Shown here: positions 15,905-33,313 of the stretch, one piece after another
Layout of the letters: each line of letters starts with the position of its first letter
How positions within the stretch are numbered: the stretch's first letter is position 1
Assembly (NCBI GenBank): GCA_040954595.2
Contig: CM082592.2
Coordinates: 6,489,531 to 6,553,530 of the forward strand
DNA from: Balanoglossus misakiensis
Lineage: Eukaryota; Animalia; Hemichordata
Length of the DNA: 64,000 nt
Direction of reading: 5' to 3'
The notes under the pieces: generated by a model
Database searches by the model: none
Seen by the model: the letters and a program-made list of their open reading frames with translations, nothing else
What the model was told of the DNA's origin: nothing
Program-made: the position numbers and the translations under genes

Positions 15905-16726
15905 TTATAGCTTTTTAATGATCATTTCCTCGTACAGCGGAGTGTATTCGTCAATACAGTGTCTCAGTTTTTCGGGCAATTCTGACAAATTCACGTCTGA
16001 GTCAGGCGAGGGCTGGAAACAAGAACTCTTCAAGGCCCTGTCGTAAAACAATTTTGCAAACTCGGAAGACTTCATAAAATCGGGGAAATGGTCGATGTTT
16101 CCCGCTTCCCAGTTCAGAAAGGTTTCTTTGAATGGCAACCCCGTCAGCTTGCAGTACTTCTGTAGCGTGTCTTCGGGCGAATTGGCCAAATCCTGTGAGT
16201 CTATCACGATAGCCGGCTGCTGGAGTACCTCGGTTACGTACTTGTATAGTTCAAAGATGGGCGCCATGTCGCAGAGATCCACGCAAAACTCAACCAAAGT
16301 ATCTGGGTCGACCCCGCGCTGCCTATGCTTAGTTTGGACGCATCTGAACGACGAAAGCACCGTCGCTTTCGGATTGCGGACCATAAATGTGTGTATGTAC
16401 CCGCGTGGCATATATTTGTAACGATCTCTGCCTCCCAAACACTTGGCGCTGTCTTTGACGAATATGGCCACTTTTCCAGGGTAGTCGTTTTCCAGCATCG
16501 CCTGCATGTCCCTATATCGATAACCTGGCAACGGGGGAGTGGTGATGGATTCCACGTGACACAGTCGTTCCTCTCCTTCATAGTAAGCCATCGCGAATGG
16601 TTCGTGGACGACATGGATATTCTTATCAGAAGCTATGGCTAGCTCCAGCACCGTTGATCTTGATCTTGGGTGGACCCACAGAATAACGCGAGTTGACGGC
16701 AGAAATATAGCCACATTTTCAGACAT
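15905..16726 (-). CDS. Second intact sulfotransferase-fold protein, 273 aa, intronless CDS
   Basis: TRVILWVHPRSRSTVLE...HEPF...FVKD...FMVRNP...VIDSQDLANSP...YC..TGLPF...W; paralogue of 14107-14931. Confidence 0.87.
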   Translation of the reverse strand: MSENVAIFLPSTRVILWVHPRSRSTVLELAIASDKNIHVVHEPFAMAYYEGEERLCHVESITTPPLPGYRYRDMQAMLENDYPGKVAIFVKDSAKCLGGRDRYKYMPRGYIHTFMVRNPKATVLSSFRCVQTKHRQRGVDPDTLVEFCVDLCDMAPIFELYKYVTEVLQQPAIVIDSQDLANSPEDTLQKYCKLTGLPFKETFLNWEAGNIDHFPDFMKSSEFAKLFYDRALKSSCFQPSPDSDVNLSELPEKLRHCIDEYTPLYEEMIIKKL

Positions 16727-17570
16727 TTTAGAGTCTCAGATTGAGTGGCTGGTGTGGGGCACTTTACAAGCTGTCAAGGCAAGATGATTTTAGCTTGGGG
16801 CTGGTCGGTTGTCGGTGGGTGATTGATTTAGGCACCCATTTCCACATGACCAAAAGGTCACATTACCTTCTCCTCCCCAAGCCCCCCCCCCTCCAATGAT
16901 CACCTCCTCTATGCGATAACAATGTTTAAACATTACTGCATAAAATGAATGCACCATATGTTAAAAGTTCTCGCACAGTTGCAAGACCTTATTTGGGCCA
17001 TTAGGTTTTACGGATGAGATGATGTTTTATACGTACCACAGTATACATATAGCCATAAATTACCAGTAGTAGTATACGATGAATGAAATTGGTATTTGGG
17101 GTGAATGACGCCGTTCTGTACTTCTATGGGCAGATCAACTTCACAAAGGTCATTAAGTAGATTTATGGTCTACATAGTACATTTACTCAATAAATGTGTC
17201 GTAACAACATTCTTTTTCGACCACTCGAAAGAAGTAAACAACATCAGCAAGGTATAAGTAGTTACTCCCCGCAGTCACGTACTCCACAAACCGTGAGTAA
17301 AGTACAACCTATAGAGGGCGCACAGAGTTTGACCCCAAGGTTTGACCTCATTCACCTTATTTGACCCCTGTCATGTGATCGCCGAACACCGGCGACCGTG
17401 TGTGTGTGGTACCGAAGTCCAGAAACTTATAGGTTATCAATGTTATTTGGCATGATCGGCCAATGCGGTCGATTATATGTCCTCTCGCACCTTTAGCGGG
17501 TAAATTGGTAGACTTTGTTCGATTCACCGGATGCAGTAGAAGTTTTTCGCTTTCTGGACACTGGTACAAA

Positions 17571-20500
17571 ATGGCGTCGCCCCCCTCCAAGCAGTTGAAG
17601 CGTGTTGGGATTCTCGGCGGAACACATGGGAACGAGCTATCGGGCGTGTACCTTGTGAAGAAGTGGCTGAAGGACAAGACGCCGGTGACGAGAAGCACGT
17701 TTGAAACCACGGTTTGCATCAGTAATCCCCGCGCAGTGGAAAAATGTGTTCGCTACATAGATACTGATCTGAACCGAGTGTTCACGGAGGAAAATCTAAG
17801 GTGAGAGGAACTTGGAACATCTGGCAAACTAGGATCTGCCATACCATAAACTGCGTAATGAGCTGTGTATGTTTGCACGTGATGTGATGCGTGAATTGTA
17901 TCATAGACACTGAGGTCGACTGCAGTGATCTGTGGTGATACCTCCTTGGGTGAATGAAGGTGGGCTAACTTTTTAAAGTGGACGACCCAAAGCTGTCGTA
18001 CGCCCATGGTAACTTTGAGCAACGTCCCTCTATTGAGATCCTTGTGGTAGTGTGTCCACTAGACCATAGGGAGTGCAAACACAACCGCTTTTCAGACCTA
18101 ATGTATGGAAGTTAGAAGTACATCCGAATTGGCATACTCATTGCAACATCTACATAATTATATTATTTTAATCGGAATGTGAGAATTGTGTTAGACCTGC
18201 ACCAGGTCTGATCCAGCAGACTGCTGCAGGTCTGTGTCCATATCGCTGCACATGACCTGTTGGTCAGACAGGCACCAGACCTGGTGAACTTTTTGTTGTG
18301 GGTGAGACTGTTTGATCAATTTGCTCATGGATAATTAATTTTCTGTTTCTTGCATAGGTCGGAGTCGACAAGTAATTTGTATGAATTAAATCGAGGCAAA
18401 GAGCTGAACGCAATCTTTGGACCAAAACACTCCACAGAAGCCTATGACTTTCTCATGGACTTCCATAACACAACGTCCAACATGCTTAATTCTCTCATGA
18501 TTCACGACACGAGAGACCCGCTAGTGCTGCAGTTAGTGCACTATGTCTCAGGAAACCTAAAACAATTCTCAAACTTTGTCTTTATAACGGGGAACGCGTA
18601 TCAAACGACCCGAACTGTCGCCACGCATGGGTTAGGTAAGTGTTGATCACCTCAGGCCTGACAGGTTGATACGCATGCTGTTGTAGGTTTTCTGTAGAGT
18701 AGTTAGCTGGTAGAGCGTCACATTGCAAATAATATTTGTAGACACTCTTACACGTAGTTTTGTGTTCATGAAAGATGTTTTGCTGTGCTACCCACCGCTT
18801 CCCAGAGTCGCAATCAAACTCTGTCATTACCCCCCTTGCTCCCTAACATTGCCATTTGAGGTTCCTTGACATGGGAATGAAAACACACACAATGGTCCAA
18901 AGATTTCATTCAGTTCTGGATTTGTGTCCGTTGATATTTCTGTGTATGAAAGACATCGTGAATCAAGTGATTATATTAATGCAGTCACTGAATGTAATGG
19001 TAAACAAAAATCCAAATATAATACAATAACAGAAGTTGGTCTTTACTTTGTGTAGATTGGCCAAAGATTCCAACATTTATGAACTGACTCGAATTAGTGA
19101 ACTGAATGAAATGTTTGGACCTGGAGCCACCGAACGGTATGATGTCTTGATTGACATGCATAATACGACAGCTGATGTGCGAGACTGCCTGATCTTCAGC
19201 GGCAGCCCCGATGAAGTTGATCTGCACCTGGTCAGCTACATGGCTGAGAGAGCGGGACAGGAGAGGCTGAAAGCCCTTTTAGTGCCTTGTAGTGGAGCTG
19301 TTTGCTCTTTAGGCAAACACATCCTTGGTGAGTCTAGACACAAGTTGTGTGGGGAGTTGTTACACTGGGATGTCGTGCCTTAGTCATTGGCGTGATATCG
19401 CAGTGTAACAACTCCCATGCGACTGTGAGTCTAGATGCTAAGAACACTGGGCTAGCCCATCAAGAAGTATTTCTCAGCAAGTCTTTTGAAAACTGTTGCT
19501 TAAGAATATCAGCTTTGGAGTATACTGGCGTATAATTAATAAATATGGAAATTGTTTTAATACTGCAGATATTAATAAAAACTTGGGGGTGTGTACATTT
19601 ACATGAAAAAGTTGTATGTATTATGTCCCCTCATTGGTCCAAAGATTGTCTTCAGATCTCTATCTACCGTCCAATCATACACTGGCTTTAGTGTCCACTC
19701 AATCTCATCATCTTCAGAGTTCATCACAAAGTTTTCAAAGGCAAATTTCCATAAGATCACTCATTCCTTAAAGGTGTGAGTGTGCGTGTTTTATTTCTAT
19801 AGTAACAAGAGTGTTCAGATCGGACACTGAGCTGTAAGTGAATCATGGAACCAAAATCATAAATTTATTCTTGTTCTTGTTGCTCACCTAGGCCAGAGAC
19901 GGAGGGTGTGGCCACTTCCAATATCCCCTATGAAATAGCAATTGCCAGGGAACTAGACGCAGTCTTTGGACCAATGGGAGAAAGCAGTCGCACTGATTTC
20001 ATGTTAGACTTGCACAACACCACGTCGTGCATGAGTAACTGCGTAATTTTAGAGCGCGAGGACGACCTCCTCACAACGCACATGGCCAGCTATTTGCTGC
20101 AGTTTTTGCCGTGCCCGCTCTTCCTGAAACATAACAAGCCCGAGGAAGGTTTCCGGCTAGTGGCAACTGTTAATCTCGCAAAGCATGGCATCAGTAAGTG
20201 TCTGGTGAGCTTGGTGTGGGGCGTCCCAGTGTTTAATTGCTACATGTCCGCGCCCCCTGGATATGTTAAAGGTCATAGGTTAAAGGGTCACAGTTCATAG
20301 GACAAGCAGTGTATGCACAGGGGTGCGTTCGACGAACGAAGCGTTCGGTAACGTTCGGAAACGTTTTCATGTCGAACGATCTTTTGTCATTGTTTTTCGC
20401 GAACGTTTTGTAACAATGGAAGGCGTAAGACGGAGGTGACTCGCGGCGAACAACTCATTAATTCAAAATGGCGGACCTGTAAGCCGAAGTACGACTCGCA

Positions 20501-22247
20501 GGGCATATTTTCGAAGAAGTAGCAGAATATTTGTCGATTTAGGTAGTGATAGTTTTACCAAGCCGAAGCTTGTATTTTTTCTCAATCAATAAACCAATTC
20601 ACATGGATTGTGCCGCTACTGTCTTGTGTAAAACGGTTTAAAAGTGGTATGCACTTCCGGAATCATGTCCTTGTATGTGCACCGGGACGTTCTTGCTGAC
20701 GGCCGCTGTCTCTGAAAAGCCAAAGGTCATTGACGGCGCCCTCTTGTGAAAGGCAAGCTTATCGTTCGACGAAGTACAAAAGCGCCCGGCGCAAGCATTC
20801 ACAAAACGCTTTGTGCGTCGAACGCACCCCAGTTGTCCACCTGCACCAAGCACAACTCTGACTCATGCTTTTGTTGAGATGCCTACTCGGTACATCTTGA
20901 CCAGCTTGCACTCTGACCTCTGACCTCATGAAAAGGTTACTGGTATTTAAAGCTTTTGGTGTTTTTTTTCTCTATAAATAAAAATGTGAAGTCGGTTGGT
21001 GCACGTTGTCAAAATTTTTACCGATTCTGTACTGACCTTTTTATTTTTACCAGCTTCATCATATTTCTTTCTGTTTTGCCATCTGATCAAAGGTATCGAA
21101 TTAGGTCCACAAGCTCACGGCACTCTGGTAGCCGAGGTCTACCAGAGAATGGAGGAAATTACCCATCATGCACTGGATTTCATTGAGAAGTTCAACAAAG
21201 GTGAAGTGAAGTACCCAGCATACCTCAGCACACATTTATCTCAAAAGTTATAGATAGAAAGTCCTCGTAACTAATGGATTAAATATGCTCTGTGTGTGTG
21301 TATGTCAGTGCGTTTGTCCACTCAGAGCCAAAACTCGGACATCCTGGACTGATTTCTTTATTTTGATATACAATCCAATATGGCCACTCGGCGGCCATTT
21401 TGTATCCACAGCCATTATTCATTCCTACCTGAACATGTTCCATTCAAGCTCAAGGTATAATGAGTGTACCATGGCGTACATTGTATTTATGCACATGAAT
21501 TTGTGTCACAATATGATCCAATATGGCTGCTGGGCGGCCATTTTCTTACAAGTTTGTCATCATAATCTTGAATTTCAGGCCATGAATTTGCCCCGTGTAC
21601 CATAGAAGCTCATCGGATACTCGAGAAAGTGGATTTTCCACGTGATGAGGATGGAGAGTTGACTGCCATGATTCATCCAAAGTTTCAGGTCACTAGACTT
21701 TCCCTTTCAACTTTATTTCTCACAGATATTGAAGAATACACCCTTTTCAAAAGTCTAGCGCCCTCAAGCGAGACCAATTGGGAAATCCCCTTGATGTGAT
21801 TGGTCGATTTCCCCATTGGCCTCGCTTTGAGTTCAAATTCATGATGGCTGCATGAGGATGTTTATGTTGAATTTTATGCAGATAATTTTTTGATGTACTT
21901 GCAATGCTGTAAACCCAGATTATTTTGTTCTTTGAAATCTTATCGCAAGAATATTTTCATTTGTGTCACTTTGTGTGTCATTCTTCAAATTATATTCATC
22001 TTGTTCCATCTGCTGTCAGTGTGAAGTAAAAAGCTTTTCCTCTTGTTTCTAGAACAAAGACTGGCACCCCTTGAATCCGGGTGATCCCATCTTCTTGACC
22101 TTCCAAGGGGAAACCGTCACCTACAAAGGCGACAAGACCGTCTACCCGGCATTCATTAACGAGGCTTCGTACTACGAGAAAGGCCTCGCATTCTGGGCCA
22201 TGGAGAAGGTGCAACTCACTGCTCCGAAGTTGAAACTCCAAGAATAA
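17571..22247 (+). CDS. ASPA: Aspartoacylase / aminoacylase-3 family Zn hydrolase with three alternative exon-2 variants
   Basis: Exon 1 17571-17800 ([30 protein letters not shown]); alternative exon 2a 18358-18635, 2b 19056-19327, 2c 19892-20193 (each with DxHNTT); exon 3 21093-21200 (IELGPQ); exon 4 21579-21688 ([17 protein letters not shown]); exon 5 22053-22247 ([12 protein letters not shown]...[13 protein letters not shown]). All introns are GT-AG. Confidence 0.93.
18358..18635 (+). other. ASPA alternative exon 2a (278 nt)
   Basis: tgcatag| ... |gtaagt; encodes [16 protein letters not shown]...DFHNTTSNM...[13 protein letters not shown]. Confidence 0.9.
18893..18917 (+). promoter_or_regulatory. 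Intronic antisense element A (candidate splicing RNA-pairing element)
   Basis: TGGTCCAAAGATTTCATTCAGTTCT is complementary to exon 2b 19099-19121 (22 of 23 Watson-Crick) and to exon 2a 18400-18424 (22 Watson-Crick + 1 GU of 25). Confidence 0.7.
19056..19327 (+). other. ASPA alternative exon 2b (272 nt)
   Basis: tgtgtag| ... |gtgagt; encodes [16 protein letters not shown]...DMHNTTADV...[12 protein letters not shown]. Confidence 0.88.
19332..19436 (+). other. Long RNA hairpin directly behind the exon 2b donor site
   Basis: GGGAGTTGTTACACTG pairs perfectly with CAGTGTAACAACTCCC; the stem extends in both directions with several G-U pairs. Confidence 0.7.
19630..19659 (+). promoter_or_regulatory. 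Intronic antisense element B (candidate splicing RNA-pairing element)
   Basis: CTCATTGGTCCAAAGATTGTCTTCAGATCT is complementary to exon 2c 19960-19978 (19 contiguous pairs, 2 GU) and to exon 2a 18400-18424 (22 Watson-Crick + 1 GU of 25). Confidence 0.7.
19892..20193 (+). other. ASPA alternative exon 2c (302 nt)
   Basis: cacctag| ... |gtaagt; encodes [19 protein letters not shown]...DLHNTTSCM...[13 protein letters not shown]. Confidence 0.9.
20321..20829. mobile_element. MITE, PIF/Harbinger-like
   Basis: Terminal inverted repeats GGGTGCGTTCGACG / CGTCGAACGCACCC, flanked by the 3-bp duplication CAG (20318-20320, 20830-20832); no credible coding capacity. Confidence 0.8.
21767..21827. repeat. 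Short imperfect inverted repeat in ASPA intron 4
   Basis: AAGCGAGACCAATTGGGAAATC ... GATTTCCCCATTGGCCTCGCTT. Confidence 0.55.
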
Positions 22248-23786
22248 AGAGACTGATCGCTTTTACAGGCTGTAGTTACATGTAGTAACATACAATTTTA
22301 GATTTACAGACATATTTCTTGAGGAACTAAGGGTCGTTCTGGTTTGTTTTTATTTGTCCCATGTGAGAAGTCATTTTCGTTGCTGTACCTCCATATAAAG
22401 CCATGTGGTCATCACAGCTGGACTTGCTCCACAGCTGTAAAACGGGACATTTTCACAGCAGGAATTTTCGCGATATCAACAGAGGCAACTTTTTCGCGAC
22501 GATTAATTTTCGCGTTCTCCATTGCACACATTGTTCTTTCTCGACTGCATATTTTTGCGTTTTTTTGTAGCTCTCGCGAAGTTAATTAATTCAACTTGAT
22601 GGTGAATGAAATGAGATAACCCTTTTATAATGAATTGTCGGTTTCCCTACTGTTTACATTGCTGCTTTGTCACCGAAAATGGGTGTGCCCAGGGTTAATA
22701 TCAATGAAAACAGCCAAGATAACTGAAAAATAATAATTTTAACTGCTTTCCCAGAGAGTGCTGCATTTTACATGGAATGTGCCTTGTGCTAATTTATGAC
22801 ATCAGCGTTTTCCTTCGAGTTGTAAAATCGTATCGTCAGAATTGTTGCTGTAACATCTAATGAAATAAAAAAGATGATCAAATCACACAAACCAAGATGT
22901 CACCTTTTTTTCTGTATTATACCTTTACATGATGTAGGTCGCGATCTGAAAATTGATAATCTCAAATGCCACAGGTCAATCAAAAATGGCCACACACCCC
23001 ACAATACATCCCCGGGGTTGCACGTAACAAATGAGCATAAAAGGAAGCAATTTATTCAATTTTTAATTCTTTGCGAATGTACAGATACTGGTATCAAACT
23101 TTAAACGAATATGTTCTAATCTCTGTCATATTAACATTCCCAGAAAAATACCATCTTTGAAAGACGAGTAACAGTCCATTTCTTCTCGATTTAAAATTCA
23201 TCTTACATTATTTACAAAAACCATTGAGATCTAGAAAATTACAGTCACTTCATGCATGAAGTTTGCATCTTATGAAGAGGTCAAAAAGATGATTCACTGA
23301 GATACAGTCTGTTCAGTCAATGAGATGTAGCCCACTTCGACAAGAAACTGCTGTTCCCACAATTCTTGTAAGAATAAAATATTTCATTCAAAAGTAGATT
23401 TTACCACAGGTAAACACAATGATTTTACATTGTTTGTGTATTAATTGACAATTTTTAAGCCTATAATTAATACAGAAGTCACACCAGCACTTCAATGGTT
23501 GGTATACATAGCAAACAAGTTACAACACTTTCATATCAACAAAGAAGTGAAACATTTGTAGTTTCAGTGTCTTTCTTTGTGCGATGCAGTGGCGTTGTGT
23601 ATCAACTCGTGGTCAGTATAAACTGCAATAGTCACACACTTTGACAGTTGGAGAATTCAGCATAAACACGTAGCAAGACTCAGTTGGCAAACAGAGACAT
23701 TCTACTGTTTCGGATATGGATATTGTCTGTAAAAATGTTCCCCTCCTGGTATTGACTTCGCACTCTTGTAGTCCGACATAGTTCGT

Positions 23787-26700
23787 TCACCTCCCGGACA
23801 GCTTCTCGTAGAACAACATGTACGCCTGTGCTGACAAGACTTCCGACCGAGCCACCTTGCGCACAGTGGAGTCGGACGTGTACAGCCACTGGTTGCTGGA
23901 CGGGTTGCCTGGTGGCGTTGGAACTCGACGGTACGTGACGAAGTGACCCGAGTTGGCGTCTCCCATGTGAACGAGTGCAGCGACTAGTCTGTAATTGGAT
24001 TCAACTGACATTTGCCTGAGAGGGGGAGAGAGAGAGAGAGCGAGAGAGAGAGAGAGAGAGGGAGGGAGGGGGAGAGACAGACAGAGAACACATTTTATTC
24101 ACGCTGTTTTCTTCATGTTTGTAAAGTGTACTGGGACTCATAAAAATGTCAAACTTTCATTTCTCGGCTTCAAATTATAGTATTGTACTTTCCCTACTCT
24201 GCTAGCACTTTTGATAGCTCCACTCTGATTGGCACGACAGCTGGTTCTGAATGAACTTTTGACATGGAGCAGCAGACACAACAATGCATGCCTGACATAT
24301 CTTGTGTATTGAAGGTGGTATCTTACCTTTGGAACAAAGATTTTGATACTTCTGTTGTTTTACTCGGTTCAGGCTGGTTGATCCCATCCCGACAGAGGGA
24401 TGACAGTCCCTTCATCATGGGACGGGGCTTCAGTTGGCTGAAGGAACCATTGCAGAAATAGGGGGTGGAAGGCATATCGCTGGAACTGTATATACGAGAC
24501 ACACAAGATCAACAAATGAAACACATAGACAACTTGTTCTGTAGGGGAAAGGGGGAGGGTATTTCCAGATAGCTGCATCACAAATGCGTAAACATTAAAT
24601 TCCACTTATCTCAGGGCCACATTTGTGCAAAGAAGAGTGTGTAATTTCGAAAAAGAAACTGGCCAAATACAAAATAAGAATGTCAGGATCTGTCTCATCG
24701 TCATGGAAACCAAGCTCCTGATCATTCTGAGCCCCCCACCTGTCATCTGTCCTCTTCTCATCTTTCTTTGTGGTGGTTGTCATGACACAGTGATGCGGTG
24801 ATGATTCCACTTTGCCGTTTGCTTGATGTAAATACCGAAACTTGTCCATGTTCAACATCTCCGGAAACTCCACGTAATCCTCTCGTTTCATGGGCATTCC
24901 GTTGGGTAGCCAGATTCTCCGGTTGATGTGTATGGACAGACACTGTGGCAACTGTGGCACAGAAAAAAAAAATGATCGTATCATCACAAAACTTACAAAA
25001 AGATCATCGATCATTCGATTTTGAACAGAAACATGTAAAGGAATCTGTTTCAGTGATTATGAAGGCTCAATATATTCCTAAACCACCCCTCCATACCTTG
25101 CCCAAGTTTAATTGTTTGATAAATGTCGCCTTCGGCTTGATGTTTTCTGTCGTGTGATCCCGTACACCATTTTTGTTCACGGGCAGCAAGTTGTATTTGG
25201 CGAGTAGCTTCGCACATCCCGTGCACTCGACATCCTCAACGATCTCCGACATCACAAAGCGGCGAAGTAAACCCTCGAGGGTCACGTTACCGTAGTGCTT
25301 CGGTGATAAACTCAGTGAGATGCTGTCGAAGTTGTCGTACTTTATCGGACACTGCAAAAAAATAAAAAAATTGGTAAGTTTGCAGATGTTTTTAGTTGAA
25401 GGTGACATGAAATAATGTTAATTACTGAGAATCATTCATGTTAACTCAGTAACTTTAACGTGATATTTTTTTGGCACACCGAATTATTCTGGAGACATGA
25501 AAATCATGTTTCAGCCATGTACTTACTCTGTATCCACACTGTTTGCATGTCAGCTGACTGGCAAGCGATCCTGTGAATGGGTGGTCAATTTTGCTGCCGG
25601 GTAGTTTGAGAAGTGGAATCTCGCAGCGAGTTCTTGCTTTCTCTTGAAAACCATACCTTGCCTGTGAGACAACACAAGCAACGACACTGCAGTCAATTGA
25701 ACATTTTGAGAAAATTTGATAAACGGAGATGACACACAGTTTACCTGCTTTTCTGATGAACTGATAGAAGTTTTGGTTTTACACTATGATACAGAAGACA
25801 AAACTGGCACCAGAATAAGATTTTATTTCAATTTCTGACAATATCTGGGCTACCTGCATCATTTTCAGCATCAGTTTGTACCATTGGCACTTCTTACCTC
25901 CAGTGTAGCCACATCGAATAAAGACGGATGCGCCGGAAACTTCTCCGCTTCCTCCGACAGAGTTGTTGTTAAAACGTGAAACAATTCATGGGCATCCTGG
26001 ATTGTGAGAATGTGATAGGAACATAATTCAGTTTACATTGAAACATGGAATCTAATTATGAGGGACATATGACACCTGGCAACATTATGAATACCGTCAA
26101 CATTGAGAGAGTACAAAATTTTTCTGATCCAATTTTCTATCTTTCTCCACCATTTCTGTCTCACTCTCTCCTACTATCTGTCATTCTCACAATGTTTCTT
26201 GGCATATTTATTTATCTGTTCATTTTTGAGTGTCTATAAGTCATCTCAGTCAATTTTCTTAAGCTTCCGTCATGTCTCCTAGCAACTGTCTGTGTGTCTC
26301 TTCCACTTTTGACCCCCCCCCCCCCCCCTGTGACTTTTCTGTGTATCTGACCTGTTCTTCCCAGGATATCACCCATCTCCTGGCTCTCAATGCCTCCAAC
26401 ACTTCCACAGGGTTGTGTGGGTCTTCTGCATCATCAGTTTGATTGCGCAACACTGAAACATACATAGAGTTGGACGCTGGTTGTTGAGACGCCAACTTTC
26501 AATGATTTTTAAAGTTCACTCTGTGTGCCATATGGTGCATGTGTCAGTGTGTCACAGTGTGTATCACAGTATATGGACAGTGCTGCACATGTACAATCCT
26601 TTATTATAGGTGCTGCGTACTGTACTTGTCATTGTTCACTGTGTCACTGTGTACAAACTTCTTGTTAGGGCTCATACTTACCCTTCATGACTTTGATGAG

Positions 26701-27059
26701 GGGATAGGCCAAATGCTGTGTGTAGTTGCCACTGGAGTGAATATCAATGAAGTCACCCAACCAACTGACAAACGATGGGCATGATGCCAGACTCTGTAGA
26801 ACGGCATTCAGAAAGCATGTGTTGCCCTGGTTGACCAATCCTGAACATCTCCCTGTGGATGAACAAACAGTCATCATCATCATCATCATCATCATCTGAT
26901 CACCCCCCCCCCCCTAATTGTGCATGCATGGAGCAAGTTACCTGTTTTCTTTCTGGTACTTGGCGATTCGGATCCCCATAGCACATATATTCCAGTTAAC
27001 ACTGCTCCTGCGAGGCCGCCAAGTATTCTGATCTCTTTTGATGTAAAATTATACGGCAT
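23787..27059 (-). CDS. USP30: Ubiquitin carboxyl-terminal hydrolase 30 (mitochondrial outer-membrane deubiquitinase)
   Basis: N-terminal TM segment GGLAGAVLTGIYVLWG (27059-26942); Cys box GLVNQGNTCFLNAVLQSL (26852-26682); EEQ|DAHELFHVLT (26452-26352, 25996-25898); ATFIKQLNLGK|LPQCLSIHINR; His box YRLVAALVHMGDANSGHFVTYRR...WLYTSDSTV...AYMLFYE (about 24015-23787). Some internal exon boundaries are approximate. Confidence 0.93.
24017..24060. repeat. (GA)n tract forming the polypyrimidine tract of the last USP30 intron
   Basis: Visible repeat adjacent to the minus-strand acceptor. Confidence 0.75.
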
Positions 27060-27444
27060 GATTCTCTGATCAGCTGATGTTAGTGATGATTCGGAGTGTC
27101 TAACTTGACATCATCGGTCTTTCCATGTGATTAATTCTCGACTTCTTGGTCAGAAACCGATTTGCGACATATAACACAACCTCTGTGATTTCCTCTGTGG
27201 TGTAAAATATTTGGATCGTTGTTTCAAACAGACAGGAACAGCAAATCACCCAGCGTCACACACTTTCCTTCTCTTCGGATCGCAATCGCAATGAACATGG
27301 TGACCTCTCAACTTTGACCTCTGACACATTCCGGAAATAAAACCCAGGGATTCCCTGAAGTTGACACCTTCTCACCCTCTTGGCTGACAGCGACAGATCT
27401 TGAACAAACAACGTACAGAATGAAGTTGACATGAAACCAAAACC
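27060..27444. promoter_or_regulatory. Putative bidirectional promoter USP30 / MAPKAPK5
   Basis: Start codons diverge only 385 bp apart; contains an ETS-like CCGGAA near 27331. Confidence 0.6.

Positions 27445-33313
<5,869 letters not shown>

Noticed and set aside
18358-20193. Three separate aspartoacylase genes, or a triple-domain protein
   Set aside because: There is only one exon 1 and one set of exons 3-5, and exon phases forbid in-frame co-inclusion.
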